The notes beneath the pieces are model-generated. The model saw only the letters and a list, made by a program, of their open reading frames with translations, did no database searches and was not told the DNA's origin. From positions 45,730,117-45,794,116 of the forward strand of contig NC_083410.1 of the NCBI RefSeq assembly GCF_020745735.1: a stretch of 64,000 bases of DNA, in the 5' to 3' direction. Of this stretch, positions 52,861-64,000 are shown piece by piece (within the stretch, counting starts at the first letter, position 1; every line of letters begins with the position of its first letter). Origin of the DNA: Hemiscyllium ocellatum. Its lineage: Eukaryota. A program made the position numbers and the translations under genes.

Positions 52861-54111
52861 TAAGATACAAAAGGAAGCTGACTCAGGATTTGACAAAGGA
52901 TAAAAATTGAGTCATTTCTGGTGAATTCAGAGATTCCTGTGTTGCTAATTATAGTGGAAATTTGAATGCAAGTAACAATATTTGATCAACATTCAAGTCA
53001 ACTATTTAGTAAAATTCACTGAAAACAGGAGTTTCACTACATAGCAAAAAAAACTTCAAAATAGACTTGTTACAAAAATTAGGCTGTTCACTTAGCCTAA
53101 AAATGTCATGACAATTCTTTTTTGCCAAATGCAAAACATTGTTGAAAGGAACATTTAATTATCTACAATTTAATTTTAAAGATACTTCTGTAAGTTCAAA
53201 TGACAAATTTGGGGATTCCAACTTCAAAGCATGGGAATCTTGGTTAACAAAATTGTTTTATCAAAGTTTGTTAAGTCGGGAAATAATTAAATCAAAACAA
53301 GGCTTTTTTTGAAAAAACATGGTTCTCAGTTACTAAAAACAACTTGTGGTATTTTTGCATTTGTCCTGTAATTGCTGTCATTACTCTGCAGGTTCACCTG
53401 TTCTGGTTTGTTTGACTTTTTGTTTATGCTTCTGCAAAGCATATAATTAATTGGTACTGAGAGGTTCGGACTACTTTGTCTCTTTAATTGGTCAGACGTT
53501 TGATCATCTTTCTCTGTCTGACAGGACCAGAAAAAAACATGCATGTGCTCTGTATAAATGTATTTACAATTTTCTTCTGTATAGAATTGAGGAGAAAATT
53601 TTCACCTTTTCAACTTAATTGGTCCAGATATCCTGAAGGTCAGATAGTTGTTGGAGCACTATAGTTCCACACCGGGACTGTGCAGAATCCTGAGTCCCAT
53701 TGCCTGGGAAATTGAACTTTCCAATGGGCAATTCTCCTGCATTTGAAACCCATGGAAAAAAAAAATCCTTTGAAGTTGGCAAATTCAGACCATTGTGACT
53801 CAATTAAATATAGTAGTTACCTCGGAAAGATTGGAGGGTTAGCTTCTCAATCTGAGCACTGATGTCAGTATCAGCCTCAGCAGCAATTACTTTCCTATTT
53901 GCATATTGGAATCTTGGACAAATGAGAGAAGTTCACATTTCCAAATTTCTAGCAGTTTTGATTCCAATCCTAGGAATGATATAGAATGTGTTAACCTGCA
54001 TCATCAATGCAGATGTTACAGACATCAAAGCCCAATGCTACGTACCACAGAATTAATCTGATCAGGAATTTTTTCAAAGACATATCCATTTTGAAACCTC
54101 ATTAGAGACCA

Positions 54112-54282
54112 AAAAACTACAGAGGCTGGAGTCCAATGTAGACAAGCAATAAGCCAAAAGAACACAGCAAGCTAGGCAGCATCAGGAGGTGGAGAAGTCA
54201 CCATTTCAAGTGTAGATCTCGACTTCTCCACCTCCTGATGTTGCTTGGCTTGCTGTGTTTTTCCAGACTCCTGCCTGTCCGT
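54112..54282. mobile_element. Penelope-derived fold-back element
   Basis: catcaggaggtggagaagtc ... gacttctccacctcctgatg inverted arms; the centre (hammerhead) is deleted. Confidence 0.6.
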
Positions 54283-54756
54283 TTTGTAAACTCAGCAATG
54301 TCAAACAAAAGACCAATAGAAGCAGTGACCTTCTTTCCATTTCTCAACTTCATGTTTCCTTCACCCCATTTTTCACAAATTCACTTTCTCCCAAATCTCG
54401 TACATGGACAATAAAAATCTTTAGTTCCATGATGCCATGATGAAAACCAATTAGAACATGTCAAAGTAAAAGACTCTTTTGTGGATGAGATGGGTGAAAA
54501 TCCACAGAAAGATCTTCCCCTCTGTCCTTTAGATATCTTCCTGAGTCATTCAAAGTCAGAGATTGGGACACTTACAATCATATCACATTTTGTAACCCAA
54601 TATCTATAAGGCGGTTGGAGTCAATTTTATCGCAATTACATTTATCAACAATTCATGATAAGAATGCATTTCTTTCTATATGTGTATGAGACAAAAATTG
54701 TGATATTGTTCTTTACAGTACCATTGCACAATTCATGAATCAAGACATTTGATAAG

Positions 54757-55861
54757 ATTTGATAAGGTTCCCCATGGTAGGCTCATTCAGCAGGTCAGGA
54801 GGAATGGGATACAGGGAACTTAGCTGTCTGGATACAGAATTGGCTGGTCAACAGAAGACAGCGAGTGTTAGTAGAAGGAAAATATTCTGCCTGGAAATCT
54901 GTGGTGAGTGGTGTTCCACAGGGCTCTGTCCTTGGGCCTCTACTGTTTGTAATTTTTATTCATGACGTGGATGAGGGGATTGAAGGGTGGGTCAGCAAGT
55001 TTGCAAATTTCACAAAGATTGGAGGTGTCGTTGACAGTATAGAGGGCTGTTGTAGGCTGCAGTGGGACATTGACAGGATGCAGAGATGGGCTGAGAGGTG
55101 GCAGATGGAGTTCAACCTGGATAAATGCGAGGTGATGCATTTTGGAAGGTTGAATTTGAAAGCTGAGTACAGGATTAAGGATAGGATTCTTGGCAGTGTG
55201 AAGGAACAGAGTGATCTTGGTGTGTAGGTACATAGATCCCTTAAAATGGCCATCCAAGTGGACAGGGTTGTTAAGAAAGCATATGGTGTTTTGGCTTTCA
55301 TGAACAGGGGGATTGAGTTTAAGAGTCATGAGATCTTGTTGCAGCTCTATAAAACTTTGGTTAAACTGCACTTGGAATAGGAAAGATGTGGATGCTTCGG
55401 AGAGGGTTCAGAGAAGGTTTACCAGAATGCTGCCTGGACTGGAGGGCTTATCTTATGAAGAGAGGTTGACTGAGCTCAGACTTTTTTCATTGGAGAAAAG
55501 GAGGAGGAGAGGGGACCTAATTGAGGTATACAAGATAATGAGAGGCATAGATAGCATCGATAGCCAGAGACTATTTCCCAGGGCAAAAATGACTAACACT
55601 AGGGGTCATAGTTTTAAGCTGGTTGGAGGACAGTATAGAGGGGATGTCAGAGGTGGGTTCTTTACACAGAGAGTTAAGAGAGCATGGAATGTGTTGCCAC
55701 AGCAGTTGTGGAAGCAAGGTCATTGGGGACATTTAAGAGACTGCCGGACATGCATATGGACACAGAAATTTGAGGGTGCATACATGAGGATCAGTGGTCG
55801 GCACAACATCATGGGCTGAAGGGCCTGTTCTTTGCTGTACTGTTCGATGTTCTGTGTTCTA
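54757..55861 (+). mobile_element. CR1 LINE 3' 1.1 kb (RT C-half plus 3' UTR)
   Basis: WKSVVSGVPQGSVLGPLLFVIFIHDVDEGIEGWVSKFAN...[23 protein letters not shown]...RRRGDLIEVYKIMRG, with tail tgttcgatgttctgtgttct. Confidence 0.93.
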
Positions 55862-55987
55862 AGGGTTACAATCTTTTCAGACAAATCAGCTCAATAGTTA
55901 TCTTCTCATTCTTTATTTGGATATGAAAACTGCTGTGCAAACCAAGATAACATTTGAGCTTGAATTTGAGTCTGATTTTTTGTTGGA

Positions 55988-56118
55988 GGAGAAAGTGAGG
56001 ACTGCAGACGCTGGAGATCAGAGCTGAAAATGTGTTGCTGGAAAAGCGCAGCAGGTCAGGCAGCATCCAAAGAGCAGGAGAATCGACGTATCGGGCATGA
56101 GCCCTTCTTCAGGAATGA
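55988..56118 (-). mobile_element. Penelope terminal fragment with a mutated hammerhead
   Basis: Near-identical to 49983-50100. The - strand reads attc CTGAAGA agggc tcat gccc GATA c gtc (GAAA>GATA). Confidence 0.8.
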
Positions 56119-57830
56119 TTTTCTGTTGTCAAATATACCAAGATACATTTATAAGTGTTGTTTTGTGAGATTGTACTATACATGTAGCAGACTAGGGTGC
56201 AAAATACCATGTTACAGCTACAGAGAATGTGCAGAGAGAGACATCAACCTTAACATTTGAGAGGTCCGTTCAAAGTCTGATAACAACTGGGAAGAAGCTG
56301 TTTTTGAATTTGTTTGTATGTGTATGCAAACTTTTATATGTTCTCCCTGACCTAATTGAGTGTAAGAGCGTATAACTAGGACAAAAAGGGGTCTTTGATT
56401 ATGCTGTTTGCTTTCCCAAGGCAGCAGAAAGTATAGACGGAATCAATGGATGGAAGGCTGGTTTGTGTGATGGACTGGGCTGTTTTCACAACTCTCTGTA
56501 ATTTCTTGCGGGCTTGGGAAGAGCAGTTGCCATACCACGTTGTGATGCATCCAGAGAGGCTGCTTTCTATGACACATCTATGAAAATTGTTAAGAGTCTT
56601 TGTGGATATGTCAAATTTCCTTAGCCTCCTGAGGAAGTAGAGGCATTGGTGTGCTTCCTTCACCGTTGCATCGACGTGGGTAGACCAGGACAATTGTTGG
56701 TGATCAATTGTTGGGGCGGCACGGTGGCTCAGTGGTTAGCACTGCTGCCTCACAGCGCCCGGGACCTGTGTTCAATTCCCACCTCAGGCAATTGTCTGTT
56801 TGGTGTTTGCACATTCTCCCCATATCTGTGTGGGTTTCCTCCAGGTGCTCCAGTTTCCTCCCACAATCCAAAGATGTGTAGGTCAGGTGAATTGGCTATG
56901 CTAAATTGCCCATAGTGTTAGGGGAATGGGTCTGGGTGGGTTGCTCTTCGGAGGGTCGGCGTGAACTTGTTGGGCCGAAGGGCTTGTTCCCACACTGTAG
57001 GGAATCTAACCTAATCTAAAAAAAATCACTCAAAAGGCCCCCTCAACCATCTCTACGTCAGCACCATTGATGCAGACAGGAGTCTGCCCTCTACTCCACT
57101 TCCTGAATTCAATGACTAGCTTCTTCATTTTGGTGACATTGATGGGGAGATTGTTGGCTTTACTCCATGCCACTAACTATTCAATCTTTTTTCCTCTATT
57201 CTGTCTTGTTACTGTTTGAGATCCAACCTACTATGGCGTTATCAGCATACTTGTAAGTGGAATTGGGGTGGAATTTGGCTACACCTTCATGAGTGTATAA
57301 TGAATATAGTAGGTTCTGAGTACACAGCGTTATGGGGCATCAGTTTTGAGGATTATGGTGGAGGATGTGTTGCCACCTATTCTTATTCTGATCATGGCCT
57401 ATGAGTCAGAAAGTTGAAGATCCAATTACAGAGACAGGAGCCAAAACCTAGTCTTGGAGCTTAGAGATGACTTTGGAACTATGGCATTGAAGGCGAAGCT
57501 GTAGTCAATAAGTAGGAGCCTGATGTAGGCTAACTAGGGCCAGGGAGCTGGCATTTGCTGAAAACGTGTTGTACCAGTAGGTGAGTTGCAAAGGATCAAG
57601 GCAATTCGGAAGGCTGGAGTTTTTGAGAGTCAAGACTAATCCACCCAAAACTCTTCATAAATTTTGAAGTGAGAGCCACTGTGTTGTAGTTATTGAGGCA
57701 TGCTGCATGACTTTTCTGTGGCACCAGGATGATGGTGGTGGTCTTGAAGCAGGTGAGGATTTCAGATCATAGTAAGGGGAGGTTAAAAATACTTTTGCCC
57801 GGTCTGTGCAGTTTTATCCTAATGCAGATG
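56119..57830 (-). mobile_element. Rex1/Babar-type LINE 3' portion (older, second family), interrupted by a SINE
   Basis: WSTHVDATVKEAHQCLYFLRRLRKFDISTKTLNNFHRCVIESSLSGCITTWYGNCS...KKLQRVVKTAQSIT, with degenerate RT sequence continuing to ~57830. Confidence 0.8.
56713..57018 (+). mobile_element. HE1/V-SINE, full length
   Basis: ggggcggcacggtggctcagtggttagcactgctgcctcacagcgcc (A box) ... tgttcaattcc (B box), V-domain, then tail aatctaacctaatctaa. Confidence 0.92.
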
Positions 57831-58979
57831 GATCCCTCCAAGGCATCTTGTATTGTTTTGAGTTGGTTAACAATACAGTAGAAAACTAAGTACAGATTGT
57901 GAAATATCTTCTTAGACAGGGTGCTAGGCAAATTAGTTGCTGACAAAAGTCTGGGGAAATCTCTTTAGATATGATTAATGAGAATGGAGGAAATAATTTA
58001 GGTTTATTTAGTGTAATTGCAAGTCCCCATGGATGAATGCAGCCCAGTGATCTTACTTCATCTTCGTAATGACTTTCTTAACCTGTTATAATATCATAAT
58101 TTTCCTTTACTTAGACTTTTGATTACTCCAAAGAGACTACTTTGAAGGTTCTAAATTTTTGTCTAAATTCTCGCCTTCCCTTTGCACATCATTTGGACCT
58201 CACTGTGCTGATGAGCATTTCTAGCTTCCGATTGTTTCTGACATTGGCCATGGACACAAGGAACCTTTTGGTCACATTATCAATCAATAACCAGTACATC
58301 CGTTGATTGTAAAGAGCTTTATTGCTGAAAGGAGAGATATTTTGCCAAAGCTTTTCATCTGCACTGTTCAGGACTAAATAAGCCATTCTGAATTCATCCT
58401 GATGATTGAAAGATAAAATAAGCTTCAGCAACATGCCTCACTTTTCATCAATGAACACACATAAACAATCCTATTTTCTCTGCAGCTGATTTCTAGGTTA
58501 AGTTGTTTTTGAAACAATTGTTTGTCTTCCAGGCAGCTAGGTTGCTGGAAGTAAGTTGTCTTTGACAATAAATCATCTTCCAGAGAAGCTTAAAGCCGAA
58601 TCTTATCAAAAATCAGGAAAGTTTCAATTTCAGAAAAGTTCATTGAGGGTTTCCGTCCATGTGCTCTGTCAACTTACCTCACGCAATTCTCTACTGCTTA
58701 CCTCAATACATGTGCAACACACCACTCCCAAGTTATCTTGTGGTCACTAGCGGCAAAAGTCCTCACCAGTGCTAGGACTTTCTGAAAAGCTTTCAAATGG
58801 GTAAAAACATTAACATTTTACTGAAAACAGGAACAGAAAAAAAACAAAGAAATAAACTGTATTTGCTTCTGGGAATAAACAGCTCTGTTTGACTCTCAAG
58901 CAACAAAAAACTTAGACTCAACAAATGAACACCACCCAAATCTGTTGGAAGCTCTGTAAATTAAATCTAGTTTGGCTGT

Positions 58980-59480
58980 TGCCTCTGACAATGCCTCATC
59001 CTCCTCCTGTAAAGACTCCTGCAACTCTCCCAGTTCATCAACATCCTCCACATTCCCATTTTGCCTGTTCTAGTTTTCACCAGGGCTAACCACCGACTCT
59101 ATGATGACTTTGGTGGAAGAACAGTCTGCATTGAATCTACACTTGGTTGTAGTCAGGTACTGTGTAATGGAGTGATCAGTCATGGTTGCAGTGAATATCT
59201 CGCAGTAATAAGTTTGTGAGGCATAGTGCTCTTGAAATGAAGCAGATACATGAAAGTTCTCAAGGATATTAGCATCATTACAGCTCCCAGGGTATCTGTC
59301 ACAGACTTCCAAGATGGAGTTCCAATGATCACAGATGGCTGGTACATGGATGGAATGGAACATTTTTCTATTGGTAAAGTTACTGTGTAACATTACGGCA
59401 CTCTCAACACCAATGTGAGTGCAGGTTGTAGCATTCTGAGAGAAGCCAGCCATGTTGGCAAGTTCTATTGCCCAGGCTGC
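58980..59480 (-). mobile_element. PIF/Harbinger (HARBI1-like DDE) transposase relic
   Basis: AGFS...CTHIGV...FTNRKMFHSIHVPAICDHWNSILEVCDRYPGSCNDANIL...RFNADCSSTKVIIES, matching the Harbinger motifs DCTHI, NRKGFHS, PGSxHD and TRxxIE. Confidence 0.8.
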
Positions 59481-59849
59481 AGCACTGACCTGAAATTTAT
59501 GAATTGCTCATGAACGTAAATATCTGCATACCAAAATATTTGGTCAGGGTCACTGATTTCTCCTGGGAAAACATTTAATTTATATTGCTCCATTCATGGG
59601 CATTTTCTGTCAGGTTTGAAATGTTTTCTGTGTTATTCGTTGAAGTATATTTTCTGTGTTCAATGTTACTGTGAGGTTTGTGGATTTTGCCGTCATCGCC
59701 AATCAGCAATATCTGCTTGTCATGAAGTCTTCTCGATCACCGGTATGATTATTTCCGATTTCTTCTTGAAGGCCTGAAGCTTAATTTCTCTTAGTTGGTA
59801 CCATTTAGAAACTGAGCTGGTAACCAATGCTCACTAAGTTGGGGCAGTG

Positions 59850-60122
59850 GCCCACTGTTGTCACTAGACTGCTGCTCACCAAACCACTGTTCATGACAGC
59901 ACTGATCGCCTCCATTGCTCCACACTACGTCACTGCTCACCAAATGGATGCTCAACACAGCACTGTTCACCAGCCTATTGCTCACTGCATCACTGTTTAC
60001 TATATTGTTACTCACTACAGCACTGCTCACCACATCGCTGCACACTCCATCACTGCTCACCACATGGGTGCTTGCCACACTGCTGCTCCCCCTATCACTT
60101 CTCACAGGATTGCTGCTCACCT
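59850..60122. repeat. Degenerate 15-bp tandem repeat (~CACTGCTCACCACAT)
   Basis: Recurrent cactgctcac / ctgctcac at about 15-bp spacing. Confidence 0.75.
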
Positions 60123-62220
60123 ACTCAAAAAAATTTAGTTAACATTAGAGTTTGCATATAGCAAGTTGGAAACCAGCAAATTAAACACATGGCATTTTAA
60201 TGGCCCAATCTTCTTCAAGCCAACAGGTTAGATTGCTGCACTGAAATATCTCTCCACACAACCCCTCACCAAGTTTCCCTGACCACAGTTCTCACACATT
60301 TCTATCCCATTGATGATTCCACCCTCTGAAATACATTTCCACCCCAGCAAAGTCAAATTCTAACTCCTCCACTGCCACCTTCAATCATTGAGCTATTTCT
60401 GCTGCTCTTTCCTTTCTGCTCCTTTTCATCATCCTTAAACCCCACTCAGACGCATTCACCTCTCATTTCCTCCCCCTCTCCACTTATCACCTGTCTATCT
60501 TATATTTTTCATAGATATTGCCCATTTCAACTCTCCTTTTTTTACTTCCTTATCCTCACTTGCCTAACATCTCTCCAATCACGGCCTTTCTCCTCCCTTG
60601 TTTTATTTAGTTTACGTTATTCCCTCCCACCCCTCAGGGCAGTAGTTAGTCTTGCCCACACACATGCAATGCAAGGATATTTAACCAGCGAGATTTAAAA
60701 AGCTCCATAAATGCAATTTTCACTCTTCTGATCTACGCATTTCAAGTTTTTACAGCTACTGGTGGAAAGTTTATTTTCAAGTTACCATTTATCTTGCTCT
60801 GTTTCACTTTCACAAGACAATAATGAACATTAAATCCATAGGATTTCAAAGACCCAATTAACAATCTCAACAGTAGTCAGAGAACCACTAAGAAACATAC
60901 CACTGGGCAAAATCTATTAATGAGAGAGGACAGACTCACTCCCAATCAATTTGCTTAAATCCCCCTGATTTTGGATATTTTCTAACAAACTTGTTCAGAG
61001 ATATTATTGCATGCCTTGAGAGCAGGTGGACCTTAAACCTAGACCTCCTGGCACAAAAACAGGGACACTACCATTGTGGCTTAAGAGTCTTAATTCTGCT
61101 GCTTTGCAGAAAGGTCCTCATATTGAAACATCTGTTTCCCTCTTTATTGGTGCTAACAGCTTTGTTGAGTCTTTGCGTCATTTGTAAATTTCATTTTCAG
61201 CAAATAGTTTTGGCAACCTTTTCATTTCCCATTTTTCTGTTTAGTTCCCAGTCTATGAACTCAAAATAAGGTTTCTAACATAGTACATATTTTACAAGTT
61301 AGCTCAGAGAGAATCTGTAGCTTTCTTTAGCTCTTGTGCTTTATGCCATTCAGAGTGAACATTAAAGAAAAGAATGCTTGTTTGCATAAAGATTTACATC
61401 TGCAGCTGCAGAGGAGAAAGGAAATTAATTATTTACTGTTCACAAATTAAAAATTACTTGCTGTATATATCTGAGCAGAAGTCTTCGAAATGGCTTTTCG
61501 GTGTTGTTAATTGGACAAGTGCAGCATTTCCACAGTTTTACAGCCAACACTATAACAGCATAATCTTTGGTTCACTTAAAAAATGGTATAGGAATCAATA
61601 ATTGTAAACTCAAATTTTTCAATTTTATTTCTTTTTTAGAACATATACAATATACTGTATCTTTGATGAAGAATCTATTTACTTTAATATTTGCAACTTC
61701 ACATTTATCCTTTTTTTCTAGTTTACTTCTTCAGTTGCTTCACTGAATGGAAAAGCTCAGCAGAGGTCAGGACTTCACATGTTGCTGAAGAGAGAGGGTG
61801 TATAAGTCACTATGAGCATTTTAAATAAAAAGATAATCTAGGTCTCCACTCAGATGACATTCTCATGTGCAGTTGTTAAACCTCCTAATTTTCTTGGAAC
61901 TTTCCAGTTTAATGATTAATCTTCTGGACACTGCTGGTAGTGACCTGGAAAATGAAAGCCTCAGATCACCCAAACTTAACCTTGTCTAAATTCGATTAAA
62001 TGTTCCTGTGATGGTACTTTCAACGGGTAATGTATAGCAAATCTTCAAGCTGTATTTGGGATTGATGCCCAATGGTCAAAGTGCTATAATGCACCTTGCT
62101 ATGTTAGTAGTGTCTTAATTACTTTCTAATTTAGTACATTTTAAAATGTCGGGAGTGTCATATGTGGAGGAAAGCTGCACTGTCATAATCATGAAACACT
62201 TTGTAACGCACTGTGGTGAT

Positions 62221-62445
62221 TGTGATGAGGTTCACCAAGTATCTCATAGAATATGAGTTCCCTGACAGGGGCTGTTAATCTTGTCCAATCAGGGAGCCCT
62301 GACTGACAGATATAAACAGGAATGTCAGAGGTTCTGTTCACTCTGAGAACTGGTTCTGAGAAGGTTGGACCAGTGTCAAGGTCATTCTACATGTAAATAA
62401 AGGGTGACTTGGTGACAGAATACCAGCCTATGTGAGGTTGTTTCA
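62221..62445 (+). mobile_element. Short solo LTR
   Basis: TGT...CA termini with CCAAT (~62285), TATAAA (~62311) and AATAAA (~62396) in LTR order. No TSD seen. Confidence 0.6.
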
Positions 62446-64000
62446 AACACCAAATTCTCTTTGAAGCTTTCACCATTGATATTGAAGTGAGTTTATGGAT
62501 TTTCTTAGCTGAGAAATTTGGGTTGGAGAAGCTTTCAATTCAACAGCAATGGAACTGATAATCTTCCTGTTTTGCAGAGAAATAGGCTTGAAAAATCCAA
62601 TCTTAGAGAAAAGTCTGCAGTGGAAGGGAAAGTAAGAAAAAAAACTTACTGGAGGTTCTGTTCTGTCTTGGCTTGCTAAAATCTTTGTCTTTGCTCTCTC
62701 CTTCAAAATTCTCTTTGCATTTGAAGCAATGCCACAAGGACTCCAACCACAAAAATGTCAATGTCTGATCCAAGTGAGGATTTGGGAAATGCCTGAAAGA
62801 GACCCCCTTTAACTAACAACACTCCTGAACCTTCACATTAGTCACAGTGAGACATCATACATGTCATGATGCAATATGTCAAATACAAATACTTCAAAGG
62901 AAGCCAATGTCATACTTTGATGAGGAGATCCTGAGTATGACTTCATCTGAATATATGTTGCAAAGTCTAAGTGTGTGTGTGCTACTCTGGGAAAATTGAA
63001 TTCAGGCATTAAACCACTGCAATATCCCAATAAGGCACTTTTGAACATCACAAACCACGTGCTTGCATTTTTAAGTTTCACTGCGCAAATATGGCGGGTC
63101 CAAAGCATTCTATTCCAGAATTAGGTACAGAATGGGTTTTACAAATTCCAAATCTCGGTAACATTTGTGCAATTGCTTAGAACTGGATCTCAAATTTAAG
63201 CAAATTTACCCTGAAGAGAAAAAAAACGATGACTCTGCCCACTCTGCAGCAGGTGACAGCCATTTTGTATTGTTATTGTGCCATTGATGTTAGACCAAGC
63301 ATGATGAATTTTCAACATTGTACCCTAATGAGTGACTTACAAGCACTGCTTGAGACACAAGATGCACCATCTATCCTTCATATTCTCTTCTGTGTAACTA
63401 CTCCTGGATCGCCAGTGATCTTTTCAGTTTCCATTCAACCCCTTTATACAATTGTTAATATCCCCAGTTTACCTCCTGATTCCCATGTATTTGTGGATTA
63501 CCAAGCACTAGCTGGCCATATACTCTCCTGATATAGAAGCCAAAGTTGCAGCAAGTGCTGGAAAACCCAAAGCTTCTGTTCTCTCTTATATTGTCTGAGA
63601 TCCAACCCTTTTATCTTGAATTGCCCCCTTTCACTGTAATCATACTCTCTGCAAACTATTCCAGATTTGAATTTTCTCTTACCCCAGGACTATCATGGAT
63701 TGCCCCTAATGAGCCTCTTGACCTTTAATGCCCAAAACAACAGCACTGACTATGGCTTACCCACCAGATTGCCCTGGCTGAACACAACCCAAACCCCAGA
63801 TTGGTGAATCCACAGAACCATGACTGATTTATTGTAATTCCGAGACTGGCTGCACTTGACCTGCAGGAGTTACTATGGCATAACCTCCAACTGCAAAGAC
63901 ATCTCCAGATAGGCTCTGGTAGAGCATATCTCTTGACTGACCATGGCTAACCTCCTGGACAAGAATAGATTAACCCTTGAGTGAATATGGGTACACCATT

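Noticed and set aside
56713-56790. tRNA gene-like A/B boxes
   Set aside because: This is the head of an HE1 SINE, followed by the V-domain and LINE-derived tail, not a tRNA cloverleaf gene.
59070-59453. Domesticated HARBI1 gene
   Set aside because: Catalytic motifs are eroded (no GAIDG/DC aspartate context, LGDxGY missing) and the ORF is truncated, so it is a transposon relic.
62842-63108. 88-aa - strand ORF
   Set aside because: No recognisable domain or splice context; the length is compatible with chance.
52890-64000. Search for the next USH2A exon (GMFCCGQDY... homolog)
   Set aside because: No recognisable match was found; the exon may lie beyond the window, be deleted, or be too decayed.

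Overview
Vertebrate nuclear DNA, almost certainly from a shark: it carries HE1/V-SINEs with (AATCT)n tails, CR1, Rex1/Babar, Penelope, Gypsy and Harbinger relics. No intact protein-coding gene is visible. The backbone is five collinear + strand exons of USH2A (usherin), matching what I recall as human exons 46-50 (FN3 repeats and the Cys-rich region). This copy is decayed: the exon-48 homolog has a frameshift, four stops and no GT donor; the exon-49 homolog has a CG acceptor; the exon-50 homolog has two stops and is cut by a Rex1 insertion. The intron between the exon-49 and exon-50 homologs holds a ~13.4 kb minisatellite of 30/31-bp units with higher-order structure. One CR1 3' fragment was amplified to three copies inside it, and the array appears to have grown within a small Rex1-related element. 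The many long ORFs at 36-49 kb are artefacts of this stop-free repeat. Several fold-back Penelope-derived elements carry hammerhead ribozyme cores, one intact (50102-50137). All homology calls are from memory and by eye; TE boundaries are approximate.
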